Below, piece after piece: positions 51,907 to 64,000 of a DNA stretch of 64,000 nucleotides; the stretch's first letter is position 1, and each line of letters begins with the position of its first letter. The notes under the pieces are model-generated. The model saw nothing but the letters and a program-made list of their open reading frames with translations, searched no databases and was not told where the DNA came from. A program made the translations under genes and the position numbers. The DNA is from Haliotis cracherodii (Eukaryota), in NCBI RefSeq assembly GCF_022045235.1, contig NW_027266264.1, positions 9,238,001 through 9,302,000 of the forward strand, read 5' to 3'.

Positions 51907-52183
51907 GAGTGAGTGACTGAGTTGGGTTTAACACCGCTTTTATCAGTATTCCAGTTATATCGCCACGTGTCAGCTTAATGTGGGAGGAAAGCCCGAAGTG
52001 AGGCAGGTCTCAGACGTTTACCACTTCGGTGAAAGCCACGAGCACAGGTATGGTGCTGACAAACCTAGAAATCGGGCGAACTGGCATTCAAACCCACAAT
52101 CATAGGTTTCTGGCATGCCCAAGGGATGCAACTCTGCACAGCATATCGCGGCGCCTTAAACGACTGGGCCCCTAGTGCTTCCC
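51907..52183 (-). mobile_element. SINE family 2
   Basis: Co-linear with 35387-35670. Confidence 0.85.
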
Positions 52184-52468
52184 TGGAAAAGTTTAAAGTT
52201 AATAACATTTAACGTAAGTCATCACTCCTTATTCTTTATATATCTACCGGTATATCTGTGGGCCAAGTCATGAAACATTGTCTAAGGTGCCATAATTTGC
52301 TGTCAAGAGTTGCATTGCTTGAGCATGGCAGAAGCTATGATTGTTGGTTTGAATCCTAGATTCGCCCTGAATATGGTTTTTGGTTTGTGTGCACCATATC
52401 CCTGCTAGTGAGTTTCTCAAAGTGGAGAACTTCAGGTTGGTAACACCTTGGGAAGTCTTCTCACCTTA

Positions 52469-52634
52469 GTGAGTGAGTGAGTGAGGTTTTACGCCGCTTT
52501 TAGCAATATCCCAGCAATATAATGGCGGGGGACACCAGAAATGGGCTTCACACATTGTACCCATGTCGGGAATCGAACCTGGGTCTTCGGCGTGATGAGC
52601 GAACGCTTTAACCACTAGGCTACCCGACCGCCCC
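52469..52634 (-). mobile_element. SINE family 1
   Basis: Full copy; TSD cttctcacctta. Confidence 0.9.
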
Positions 52635-52736
52635 CTTCTCACCTTAAGCTGACACACCATGATGTAACTGAAAAACTGCTCAAATGTTTGTAATTATTTC
52701 CTTTCTTTCATACAGTGTGCCTAGCATGCCTACGTC

Positions 52737-55700
52737 ATGGCAAACGAAAGATCCTTAAAGGGTGTGCCCAATCAGGACTTTCAGAAATGGCTGGATGGTG
52801 TATCAAAGAAGTTTCTGCTTCTCTCGAATGACCAAAGAAATGACACACTGGACAAACTGATATCATGCAGTGGATCTCACCAGCTGAATCACCTGTCAAC
52901 ACGGTTACCTCAGCTTCTGTACCGGGATTACATCAGTCTTCTACCTCAGGAGGTGGGTCATGTTTACCCCCCTGTGGGGATTCAGGGTTAGAATTGGTGC
53001 CCCAACATATGATGGTCATAAGAGGAAACGTAATGGAACAGGTACTCAGACTTGGTGACTTGGATGATAGCGTGTCCTCGTATCGGACGACATAGATCAT
53101 GGGTCATAATATAAACCATAAAACTACAACAAACAAGCTCTCAGATTCATATCTATCATATCCCCATTGTTCTCCCCATGGTTGGGCGGTCGGGTAGCCT
53201 AGTGGTTAAAGCGTTCGCTCATCACGCCGAAGACCCGGGTTCGATTCCCGACATGGGTATAATGTGTGAAGCCCATTTCTGGTGTCCCCCGCCGTGATAT
53301 TGCTGGAATATTGCTTAAAACGGCGTAAAACCATACTCACTCACTCACTCTCCCCATGGTATTGCAAAAGGCTGCAACTGGGGTTTGCAAACAATGTCGC
53401 ATTAAATTCATCGTAGGTGATCAGATTAGTACTGCTTCTAATAGTGGAAAAGAAATACGTTTAACATGGCAAGATAACAAGAACATGGTAATTCATTGGA
53501 GATTTCTTTTGTTAGAATAAAGATTTTTATGCATATAATTCATCATTGCTTATATGAACAGCTGTGATAAAATTTTGCATGTTTTACTTGCACGTTCTCA
53601 AGTATGTTGGCATACCAGTCAACTCATGCATCTTGTGTCAGATTCACGCTCTCACATAAATTGACATAACAGTCGACTCATGCGTCAGCTTGTGAAATTC
53701 CATACAAGACTTATTTTGGGTGAAATAATTGTGTGTGACAATTAGATCTATCATGTGACCCCATCCGACTTGCAGCATGGTAACTCCAAGTGTGAACAGC
53801 GTCACCTGTGTAGTGACAAGGTCAAATCAAACATTATGACGTCATGATGTTCGTACAAGCCAGACAACTGACTTGATGGGCTTTTACAAGATGGCGACAG
53901 CCAGCCAAATTCTTTCACAAGTGATGATAATATCAACTACAGGGTGTCGTGATAATACTGATATGGCTGTTATACTGCTGACTCAGTGTAAACATGCAGG
54001 GCCCCCCGTTCCACAAAGCGATCTTAACATTAAGGTGATCGTAACTCCCATACTGTAACATAGGCTTAAGATCAACGTAGCGCTAAGGCCGTTTTGTGGA
54101 ACGGGACCCTGGACAACATTCAGTCTTGCTCACTCTCCCACCAGGTGGCGTACCACATCCTGCAGTATCTGCCAGGACACACCCTTTTGGACTGCTGCAC
54201 CGTCAGCCAGTCCTGGAACGCCATCCTCCAGGGGGCAGCACGTGTGTGGTGGATGAAGGCGATACAGCGAGGTGCTGGCGATGTGGTGTACTACGGTGGA
54301 GCGGCCAGGAAGTACATGATGCTGTATCAACAGGTGGAGAAGCTCCTTGACAACTGTTGCCGGGGGAGCTGCTTTGTAGATCTGTCACTGGAAGGGCACA
54401 CCAACAGAGTGATGGCTGTTTGCTATAGAGATGGCAAAGTGGCTACAGGTACCAACCCGAATCCTCCTTTCATTGCACGCTCATATTCTACTATATATTC
54501 TCTAGATGTATCCATGAAGATTCAGGGTAAGAATATAGGTCCCCAACAACTTAGGCTTCATAAGAGGCGACTAATTGGATTAGGTGGTCAACCTCGTTGA
54601 CTTGGTTGATGTATGTCATTGTATCCCAATTGCGTAGATCGATGGTTATGTTGTCAATCACTGGATTGTCTGGTCCAGAATCTATTCTTTACAGACCACT
54701 GTACATCAGTTCAGACTTCAGATACCATTCAATGTATATTTTATATGTTTTTGATTGTGTGTGAGTGGTGTGATGTATTTCAGACATACTGGTGTCCACT
54801 ATATACAGTAAAACCTTGTTGGTTTGTCCCCCAGTTTTCAATACAAGTAGTATAGTAATATTCGCCATTGACAGTTGGTCATTGGTGGTATGCAGTGTGT
54901 TCGGTGCGATGGATTGTCTCCCTTGACATAAAACGCGATAAGCGTTCATGAAAAACACCCACAGAGATTGACATGGTTTATTTATGGACAGATCACATGA
55001 ATACACAGAATGAAAAAAACTCACAATCCACGTTGCTGCACTGGACAAAATGCTTCATAACCGATTATCAGTGGAGGTATATCCAACAGTAAGACACATC
55101 AAAACGAAACTCTTTATCTTTTTGTTCTGTCACCATCAAATACCAATAGGAATGTTTTGTCTAGGACATAATTCAGTAATGGTGATTCATTAATCCAGAT
55201 TTGTTTGATCTTGACAATTTTGGTGGGAATGCCAGGTTTTCACAGTAAGCATATGTAAGGCTGTCCCTATTTTTTTCTATTTCTCATCTCCCATCTGCTA
55301 CCAATTATCATTCCAATGTGACCTTGTAAAAATAATTCTTATCTCAATTTTCCCAGCCAAAAAATACTCATACAATTGCACACTAAAAAAATCAGGTCAT
55401 CTGGAACTTTCTTAAGTTATATTTATTCAAGATTCGTTTCCAAAACAAAGCGACTCAATCTACATTAAAAATTAATTTAAGGACTGTTTAATACGCACAC
55501 AATATAACAATGAGTTGTTTTCTGTGTAGTGTCTTTTGAAATGTTATGTTTATATAACCACATGTTAAACAGTTGTTTTAGGCTCAGATGACAGTGTGAG
55601 AGTGATATGTCAGTCTATGTTATCATTGGTTCATAATTGTCCAATCGTTGTTTCAGGGTCAGATGACCAATCTGTGCGAGTGTGGGATGCTCATACAGGC

Positions 55701-57462
55701 CGATTGCTGCACAAAATGCATACCCACACAGTCTCCGACCTTAAACTTACCCCCAAACATGTTTATACTGCTTCCTTTGATGGCACTGTGGCATGCTGGG
55801 AACTGTCAACTGGTGAATCGCGTTACTGGCTAGTTGGCCATACATCAGCCGTGTTCAGCATTGATGTTCATGACTCGGGTTTAGTGATCAGCGGATCCTC
55901 AGACAAGACGGTGAAAATCTGGCACCGCCAACACGAAGAACCGTACCTCCTGACCTCCTTAGAAGATTATCACACTGAATGGGTCACGAAAGTCCAGTTC
56001 CTGAGTGTAGCAGAGTCATCAAATGATTTACTGTTTGCCAGCATTGATAAGAATATCTGCCATGTTTGGTGCAGTGATGCTACAGGGCATTGTGAGAAGC
56101 TGTTTTCTACAAAGAAACTGATGGGTTTACAGATAACGTCCTTCTCCCACAGCAAGCCAGGCCGGTTCCACCTGTGTACATGGAAGGAGAGGGAACTATG
56201 TAACGAGATATCGACATATACATTCACCAGAGACAGCCTCACCCTGGTGTCAACCGTGCCCCTGGGTGGGGACACGCCCCTCCGGTGTCAGCTGCTGGGG
56301 GCGGGGGACAAGTTTGCGGCCCTCACCAGCTCCAGTGAGATTGACCAGCTGTTCCTGTTCAGTTTCAGTCAGTGTTGCTGTGTGGCAAGAGTCAACATTC
56401 CTCTCTGTCGGTGAGTAGGGGTGGCATCATTTTCAAAACACTGTCCCCGGTATTATTTGATTATCTTGTAGGGCTGGGATGAGTCCAAATTTACTAGCCG
56501 GGTACCCGACCCCCTATTTCCCGACCCTACCCGGGTACCCACTGCAGGTCTCAAGAGTTGGAAACAAAATGGCTGATTGGGAATTGTTTTACCGCAGCTC
56601 TGGCTAAAATTATTTAGATACACGTATAAAACAATCAAATCATGAGTACACTGAAGTTTACTGAAGCTTTATCTTTACTCAAACATATACAAGTCAAACA
56701 GAATGTGTGCATCGTCAGAAAGAAATGCGAACATTAGTGACTTGTAGTGTAACCGCTGAGCTATAGTGAGTTTTTGTCATTAAACAATATATCATGTGAC
56801 TAACCACGAGTCCGGGTAGTCCTGTTGGTACCCGGGTCCTGCTCGGGACCACCCGACCTGAGTACCTGAGTTACCCATCCCAGTCCTGTTATCTTGAGAA
56901 TGTTATGATTGTCTAAAAAGATTGGATGGTAACTGTGTGTGTGAGGTTCCATCTTCAAAACATTCTCGAATATTATTTGCTTATCATAAGCATGTCATCA
57001 TTGTCTATAATGAAGATTGGATGGTCACTGTGTGTGACTGCTGATTGTGTGATTGTTATCATGCATGGGATTGTTACTCTTGCAAGCTCCTATTTGCCTG
57101 TCCTTGATCCAATCATTGGCAGTAGCTGTGACGTAGCTGTAATATTGCCGACAGCCAACATTCACTGGAGTCACTCAAACACTGATGTACAAACTGTTGA
57201 GTACTGGATACTGAACTGTTTTTTGGTTGGTTTATAATCAAATAAACTGTGAAGACATCTTCAGATTGCAATAGTGCATAGAAACTCAAGGACTCACTGA
57301 CTCACTTGATTCTACTTCAGGTTTACCCGTAATGGCGCCACCCTAACCCTTGGTGAGCGGTCTTGGCTTGATGGGTTCAACGGGACGCCACCAGAGGGCA
57401 CTGTCATGGCAGCCTGTCTACAGAACTCTAGTCACGTGATGCTGCTCAACTGGAAACTCTGA
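52737..57462 (+). CDS. FBXW2: F-box/WD repeat-containing protein 2 (471 aa)
   Basis: Exons 52737-52952, 54145-54448, 55657-56410 and 57321-57462 are phase-consistent. Peptides DFQKWLDGVSKKFLLLSNDQRNDTLDKLISCSG, GHTNRVMAV, TASFDGTVACWE, GHTSAVFSID, HTEWVTKV and GERSWLDGFNG match recalled FBXW2. Confidence 0.93.
53184..53348 (+). mobile_element. SINE family 1
   Basis: Full copy; TSD tctccccatggt. Confidence 0.9.
53999..54109. mobile_element. PIF/Harbinger-type palindromic MITE
   Basis: gggccccccgttccacaaa ... tttgtggaacgggaccc, with cag/ctg flanks. Confidence 0.7.
56469..56888. mobile_element. hAT-type MITE
   Basis: TIRs tagggctgggatg / catcccagtcctg; perfect 8-bp TSD ttatcttg; internal ccgggtaccc repeats. 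Confidence 0.88.
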
Positions 57463-57659
57463 CCACAGTCAAACATACATTATTAGCCCGTCACTCATGT
57501 GGTGAACAGTGTCTGAAACAACTCTTATGTGAAACTGGTCAGGGTGTGTTGTAGCTCTTCAAAAGTACTCTCCTGCAGGAAATATCTCTTATGCTAGCTA
57601 AAAAATAATCTGTTCCAGAAAACGAGGAAAATTAACTAGCCATGGATATGCTGGATGCT

Positions 57660-57843
57660 CTGTTTGTTTATTTGTTTGTTTGTTTGTTGTTAAAGCTGCA
57701 CTCAGCAATATTCCAGCTATATGACAGCGGTCTGTAAATAATTGAGTCTGGGCCAGACTATCCAGTGGTTGAAATCATGAGCATCGATCTACGCAATTGG
57801 GATACGATGACATGCATCAACCAAGTCACCAAACTGACCACCT
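57660..57843 (-). mobile_element. Retroposon family 3, 5'-truncated, probably in the FBXW2 3' UTR
   Basis: (tttg)n tail plus family body. Confidence 0.8.
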
Positions 57844-59151
57844 GAAAAATAACAGGTTGTTAGTCCTCCTTTCAATAAGAGTATGTTTGGATCCTTTGAC
57901 TGAAAAACTGTTCAAACAAAACTTCCAGCCCCCCCTCTAGAATATAAAATGGCCTGTCCCTTATGCATGGATCATCTGGACAGTCTGAGGAGGAAGTTTG
58001 TAGGAAGTGTATGGATGTGTTTAGGTCTTCATCTTACCAAAGGGTCCACTGACAGATCAAGATGGGGAATGCAGTGGGTTTACTGAACTGTGCACTCCCC
58101 TTGTTATTAACAGTCAACCTGTGTCAGTCCCTCCATCTTGTTATGACTTATGTAATGTCCACTGCCACTTTTTAAATTCAAATTTGAGACCCTAGTTTGA
58201 AATAAGTTTCGAGAAAGTCTCAAGTGAAGAGTCTCAAATGAATAAATATCACTAGTCACAGGACAAGGGCAGGCAGCCGTTTCCAACACTTGCTGGTGAT
58301 TGAGGAGAAGTCCCCTTGAGACCATCCACTACACCATACTTAAAGTCTACAGCAGTGGCCTCCCTTTGTCTCCTCAATTGATCGGCTGGGGATGAAGTCT
58401 CCTTTCTCAATGTGACATTATAACCTGTACAACACAATTCTATATTTTTCTGACATTTGATAGATTTTATTATATCAGGATATCATGGAAGAAGATGTGC
58501 TATTCATGGAGCATTTGACCAGATGCTTACTTCTGCTCAATCAGTGAAGTAGCCTGATTTATTTACCAGACCACCATCAGACTCTTGTCTGTGTCCTAGG
58601 TCATTGAAATCTGATCCTTTACTTCATTATGATATTCATCTGTGTGAAGATCTGACACACCATCCCGAGGCAAACACAGAGTCAATGTTGCCCCTCAATC
58701 GAAATGAAGGATGCAGGTCAGCTTTCTACAACAATTCAGTTTCCACCTTGATTTGTAGAGTTTAATCTACTAGTTTAATCTCACCAAAAGAAACCCTTAC
58801 ATGCCACAGATACTCCTTGTACAGTACTCCCTTTTGGGTGTAGATTCCATGGCTTCCTAGAAACAACAGGGTGTACCGGTATATTACGTTCACAACAGTC
58901 TAACCATGTTAACAGTGTGGCCTGTTCGTTTCTATTGAGAATCATATTGTAGTAATAGATCCGTTTTAATGAAATGGGATTCTTGGAAACTAAGATATAC
59001 AAAGTTGAAGAAATGACTTGTTATTCAGCTGGTACAGATTGATCAAAAACTGTATAATTGTATTACGATAATTATTTTACTGTTTAACATATTTTCAGTT
59101 GTTGATTTATTTTATTACTGTTTAAATAATATCTATATGATTAATATAATG

Positions 59152-59157
59152 AATAAA
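59152..59157 (+). terminator. Candidate FBXW2 polyadenylation signal
   Basis: AATAAA after an AU-rich stretch, followed by a T-rich downstream element. Confidence 0.45.
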
Positions 59158-59684
59158 AAGACTTTGTAAGAAAAGAATATTTTTATTTTGGTAACACTTT
59201 CAAAGTTACAAAATCATGAAATCTGTCTCATTTTAACACAGTACTGAGTTTGACACCAAATTTTGGAGGCCAAAGTATACAAATGATGGTACCAGAATCA
59301 ATTTACCATGTTTATCCAATGTGTATTCAGGACATTCTACCTCTGATGTGTCTTTTGAATACATTTGGACAGGTCTAATGTGCCAATACAATTATCTCCA
59401 TAAGTTCAGCCCTTTTCATCCAAAGGAGAATAACTCAATACGAGGTGACCATTTCTTGTGACTGGGATTCTTTCAAAAACTATTTCTGGAGAATATTGGG
59501 GACTCAAGCAGTGAATTGGTGCATCAGATACACATGTAGAATACGAAAGGCAGATTCCAGAGTTTCCATTCCAGTAGGTTTACCTGGAGCTCCTAGCTCT
59601 TGTAACTGGCACTTGTGATATACGCTGGGTGAATTCAGGGTTAGAATAGGTCATTCTTCTCAGTCAGGATTGTCAGGTCCACGC

Positions 59685-59784
59685 CATCTTCCTGAGGCAA
59701 GAGAGTTAACTGACTTTAAAAGTCCAGTTTCTACGTGGAAACTTGACTTTTATAGTCAGTTAACTCCCTTGCCTCGTGAAGATG
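59685..59784. mobile_element. 100-bp fully palindromic MITE (family D-like ends)
   Basis: catcttcctgaggcaag...cttgcctcgtgaagatg; 9-bp TSD (g/c)gtccacgc. Half copy at 9292-9346. Confidence 0.85.
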
Positions 59785-60403
59785 CGTCCACGCTTGATTA
59801 GTTAAAAGGCACTCAAGTAGATGTAATAGTTCTGAGTGCAGCATTGACAACAGTCAAAACAAACATGGATTTCTATAATAATGGTGAAAAGAAAGTATTT
59901 ATTATCTACCCAGCTTCACTTAATTAAATGTATCCAAGATAAAGCACATCATAAATAAACATCTTTGCAAAAATACAAATGTAAATTTATCATGCCAGAA
60001 CGGAAGTAGCCCCAACCCACGAATTCCTGAATGCCTCAGAACAGCTCTAATGCGGGACAATCTTGTCCTGTGCCTGTAGGGACCTTAAGAACAAGTCATA
60101 TAAGCACTTCCGGTTTATTTACTTCACTTCCGGTTTGGCCAAAAATCTGCCCAGGTGTTGCATAGATTGGCTATTTGAATTTGAAATCAGGACCATGGTT
60201 GGTCACTGTGCATTTTAATCAATTGAGCACATGCATGCCTCTCCTCATGTCAGTTATCCTGAAGTATTCACTAGATGCCATAACATGCATCTTGATAAAA
60301 GACAAATAGACATATTGTTTCCTGTTAATGTTAATCATTTATGTAAGATAAAGAACAATATATAATTATACAGTCATGCATATGTGTAAAAGAATTAAAT
60401 ATA

Positions 60404-61190
60404 CTGAAACGCATTGAAAACGCACCAGAGGTAAAATTGAAATAGACACGAAACCAAATTTTAAATGGTGTTGGCTGTGTACTACAATCACACTCAGTTC
60501 CACATTAGTAATGACAAGTGTCATTGGAAAGTACACAATTTTAATTTAGTGGAAAATGGAACACAAGGGGCCCAAAGACAAAGTAAGTACCGGGTATGAC
60601 CGTCCCTGGCTGCTATGCAATACCACACAACGCCTTCTCATGGACAGTATCAGGAAACAGAAGACAACGTGACGTTTTAAAAATGGCGTCCCTGTAGTAA
60701 AGTGCATTTACACGCCCTAGGCACACATGGAGCTGTGTTCTGTGCCGATCTGAATTAGTCAGAGAAGAGAAAGCCATGCAAGAGTCGAAGTAACCATTGT
60801 CTGTGCCATGTAGACGTGCATTTCGGTGCCTTGGGGTCAGAATCGGGGCTACGAAAGGATGACAGCTCGTTACCATTCCTCAAGTGTCAATCTCGGCATT
60901 GCGTCCTCAGTGCTATTCCGCGGCTACAGCGGTTATGCGGGTAGCCTTTGAATTCCATGCCATTATACCCCATTTCTGCACGATAAGGTAGTGGCACTTT
61001 GTATTTGCTTTGCACGTGTAAAAACGTATTTTTGAGTACAGTTCTCTTTTGCGTTTTGGTGTCGACTCACAACGGCTGTCAAACTTGACAACAGTATTGG
61101 AGCTTCCGTAAGTCCTAACGTTGGGATATTTTCGTTGTTTTTCATGCTATTTTCATGGATTCACGTTTGTGCATTTTCAAAGCAGGTCAG
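60404..61190 (-). mobile_element. Internally deleted Tc1 element
   Basis: TA-ctg...cag-TA ends. PILTPRHRNARL and LGRVNALYYRDAIF are Tc1 transposase motifs (ORF 60613-60876). Confidence 0.7.
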
Positions 61191-61326
61191 TATAGTTACA
61201 TAATAAAATATTCACTGGATACAGATAACATGGATTTTGATAAAAGACAAATAGAAATTTTATAGTTTCCTGTTAATGTTAATAGTTTATGTTAAGATAA
61301 AGAACACTTATTATACAGTCATACGG

Positions 61327-61557
61327 TTATTTTAACGTCAGGTTAACTCCTAACCAACCGTTAAATATTTAACCACACGTTAGTTAACCAGCCGTTATTT
61401 AACGGAGGTCGGGAGGTGTGTTAACTTTAACGGGTGTTTAACCAGAAGATAACCATGCTTTGGGAAACAACATAACCATTTGGTTAAATTTAACGGAGAG
61501 TTAACACTGACTTAACGGCTGGTTAACAGTTAACCGGGTTTTGAACAACCAGGCCCT
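61327..61557. mobile_element. gttaac-rich Harbinger-type MITE fragment
   Basis: Dense gttaa/ttaac repeats ending gttttgaacaaccaggccctg. Confidence 0.55.
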
Positions 61558-64000
61558 GTAAGTTTCAACAAAATAGAGGTAAAACTCCCATCTAAATTTT
61601 GGTTTAAAATCTCAGTTGTGCCAATACGTTTGTCGTGTTTAACTGTCGTATTTGTTGCATGTTACCTGCCATCCAACAACTTGTTCTATCATATATCCAA
61701 GAGAGTTAGTTATATGCGGCTTTGAACAGTATTCCAGTTATATCACGAAGTGTCTACTTAATGTGGTAGGAAAGCCAGAAGTGATGACTTAGGTGAATCC
61801 GAAGAAAAGCGAGTATGATGCTGACAACCCAAGAAACATCATCAGGTGAATATGGAATTTGAACCTACGATCATCAGTTTCTATACGCTTAATGTCAAAG
61901 GGAAGTATCACCCCAACTCGCTTTAATAAACTGTGCCACCCAAGCCCCTCATCTATCCAAACCATCAATGCAATATATATCAATAAATACAAATATAATA
62001 TACAATAAAGCGACAAAACCCTTTCCATATCCAAAAGAAAGCTCTGCATTAAGCTGAGTCGATTGTACAATTCCGACTGTCATGATCATGTGTTTATGAA
62101 TCATTATCAAATAGTAATGATACCAGGTGTTCGCGAAAAGGTGAGCATATCCTGCCCCACCGGTGGCACCCGCACAAACACATGCAAAGGCAAGTCAATT
62201 GTTCACCTGAAAAAACATGGGTACATATGGTACAAGTCAAAAATAGGGAATTGCATCAGATATGCAAAAGAACGTTTGACTTTCCAATCATTATTTAACA
62301 AATGTTTACTATTATAATATAAGAACATATTTCTTATCCGACGATTTAGATGTATTTGAAACACGATGCATCTGTAAATATCAACCCACAACACTCAGCA
62401 AACGTTAACAGAACTCAATCCCATCTAATGTAACTACACGTGTGTTCTTATTTACACCCAGAAACATTCTGACAGCCTTGTGTTTTCACCACATCTGCTT
62501 CTCTATTTCTCCATATGCATGTGCGGACACCATTAAATACATCAGGCTTAACCAGTGACGTGCAATTTCGTGAAAAAAGCATTATTGACAAAAAATCTTC
62601 GTGTGCACATCCAGATATTTCCTATGATTATGGAAATGTGTTTTTCTCCTAATACTAATCAAATACAGTTTGGTTTTGCCGCTGTAGCTAAACAATTAAA
62701 CATATTCTCAGTCCCTCACCTTCAGACACCCAATATATTGAAGTACTGAATACAAATATCGCTTCTCAAGCCAACTCAACTACAGTAATACAATCACATT
62801 TAAATCATACCGTGAAATACATCAAGGAAACAAGGAACCAAAAAGTATCCTATCCTCTTAAAGACAAGTGTGTGATAATCTACATAGTATGGGCATAGAT
62901 ACGTGGCCATGTGAAACAAAATGTCAATCACTACTATAAGTTAGCCTCTCAAATAACATGTATCTCATAAAATTACATATGTAAATTATTATCTGCAATA
63001 TTTACAATTTTCTTTAGTGTTCAACAATAATCAATTACACATTTCTTGGTGTATTACATTGCACCTTATCTACAATATTCTCAATAATGTTCTTTTTACT
63101 ATTTAGAAGCAGAATTTGTTTGTCCAAATGGCTATGTGAAATATAAAATATCTACAATCACAACTACAAATTGGTCTCATAAGTAACGGGTATATTCATG
63201 GTTATTTACAATTGTGCTGAAACGTTATTCTCTCTAATAGCAGGTTTATATACAGAACTGAAAGGTTTCAATCAATAGTATTTAAGTGAGAGGCGATTTT
63301 ATGATGTTACACTGTAAAAATTAATGTAACTAAAATGTACATTTTGGAAGAAATTGCTCTTTCAAAACAAACATATTGAAGTCATAAGTTAAAATACATA
63401 GAAAGAAACAAGGAAATATCATATCCACTGCAGGTCAGGTGTGTGGAAATCCACTTGGTATGGGCATAGATACATATATATTATACAACAATGTTTGTCA
63501 TTTTCATTTCTGACAATTTGATCATTACATACATAGATTTATGCATACTTGCTACAGGTTCACTTCAGGCTTAATAACATATTACCAGTTCATTTCACTG
63601 TAAATATAAGTCTTTTTTTCAGCAGCCATTCTTCAGAATTTGAACAAAAATATAATACTTTGGCATCCTCACCAATGCAACAAAATACAGGGTTTGCAGC
63701 ACTCATAATACATTACAGTACTTACATACTAATTGGAGAGATTAAGGGGCAGTAGGGACAGTGTCCACAATGTCCAGCATTCCCATGTTAACAAGGGCTA
63801 CACACTTTCATTCTATACACTTCTCCAAACACCTGCTCCCGTATCACATTCCATCGGTATAGCATGCATCCATAACAACAGACAGCTTTCACTCACTCTA
63901 AAACTCAACCTCATAACATATCTTGTGAATGTAAAAATAAGGACATGTCTGATATCTTGATACCTCTCTGTGTCATTCTGAACAGAGTCAGCCTTTAAGG

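Noticed and set aside
62400-64000. Possible 3' UTR of a minus-strand gene beyond the right edge
   Set aside because: Only a compositional hint; no exon or ORF evidence within the window.

Overview
AT-rich, intron-containing animal genomic DNA. The SINE/MITE repertoire suggests a mollusc, probably an abalone-like gastropod (inference). Five protein-coding genes were reconstructed by hand from GT-AG splice sites with consistent phases. (1) The 5' five exons of TPGS2 (-, runs off the left edge). (2) An intronless, strongly diverged KIN17 paralogue whose N-terminal zinc finger has decayed (-). (3) FBXO33 (+, 4 coding exons, 458 aa), head-to-head with the KIN17-like gene. (4) MRG15/MORF4L1 (-, 12 coding exons, 354 aa). 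(5) FBXW2 (+, 4 coding exons, 471 aa), head-to-head with MRG15. Introns and spacers hold two tRNA-derived SINE families, a tRNA-less retroposon with a structured 5' head, and MITEs with 9-bp, 8-bp, TA or 3-bp target-site duplications (TSDs). They also hold Tc1/ITm, THAP and DIRS/Ngaro-like relics, three minisatellites and a perfect 3x178-bp triplication. The most notable items are the zinc-finger-less KIN17 retrogene candidate, near-identical inverted SINEs bracketing the FBXW2 start-codon exon (circRNA architecture), a duplicated in-frame FBXW2 acceptor, and a candidate structured or self-cleaving RNA at the retroposon head. Gene identities rest on my recall of vertebrate orthologue sequences, not on database searches. 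I found no clear-cut novel multi-gene system.
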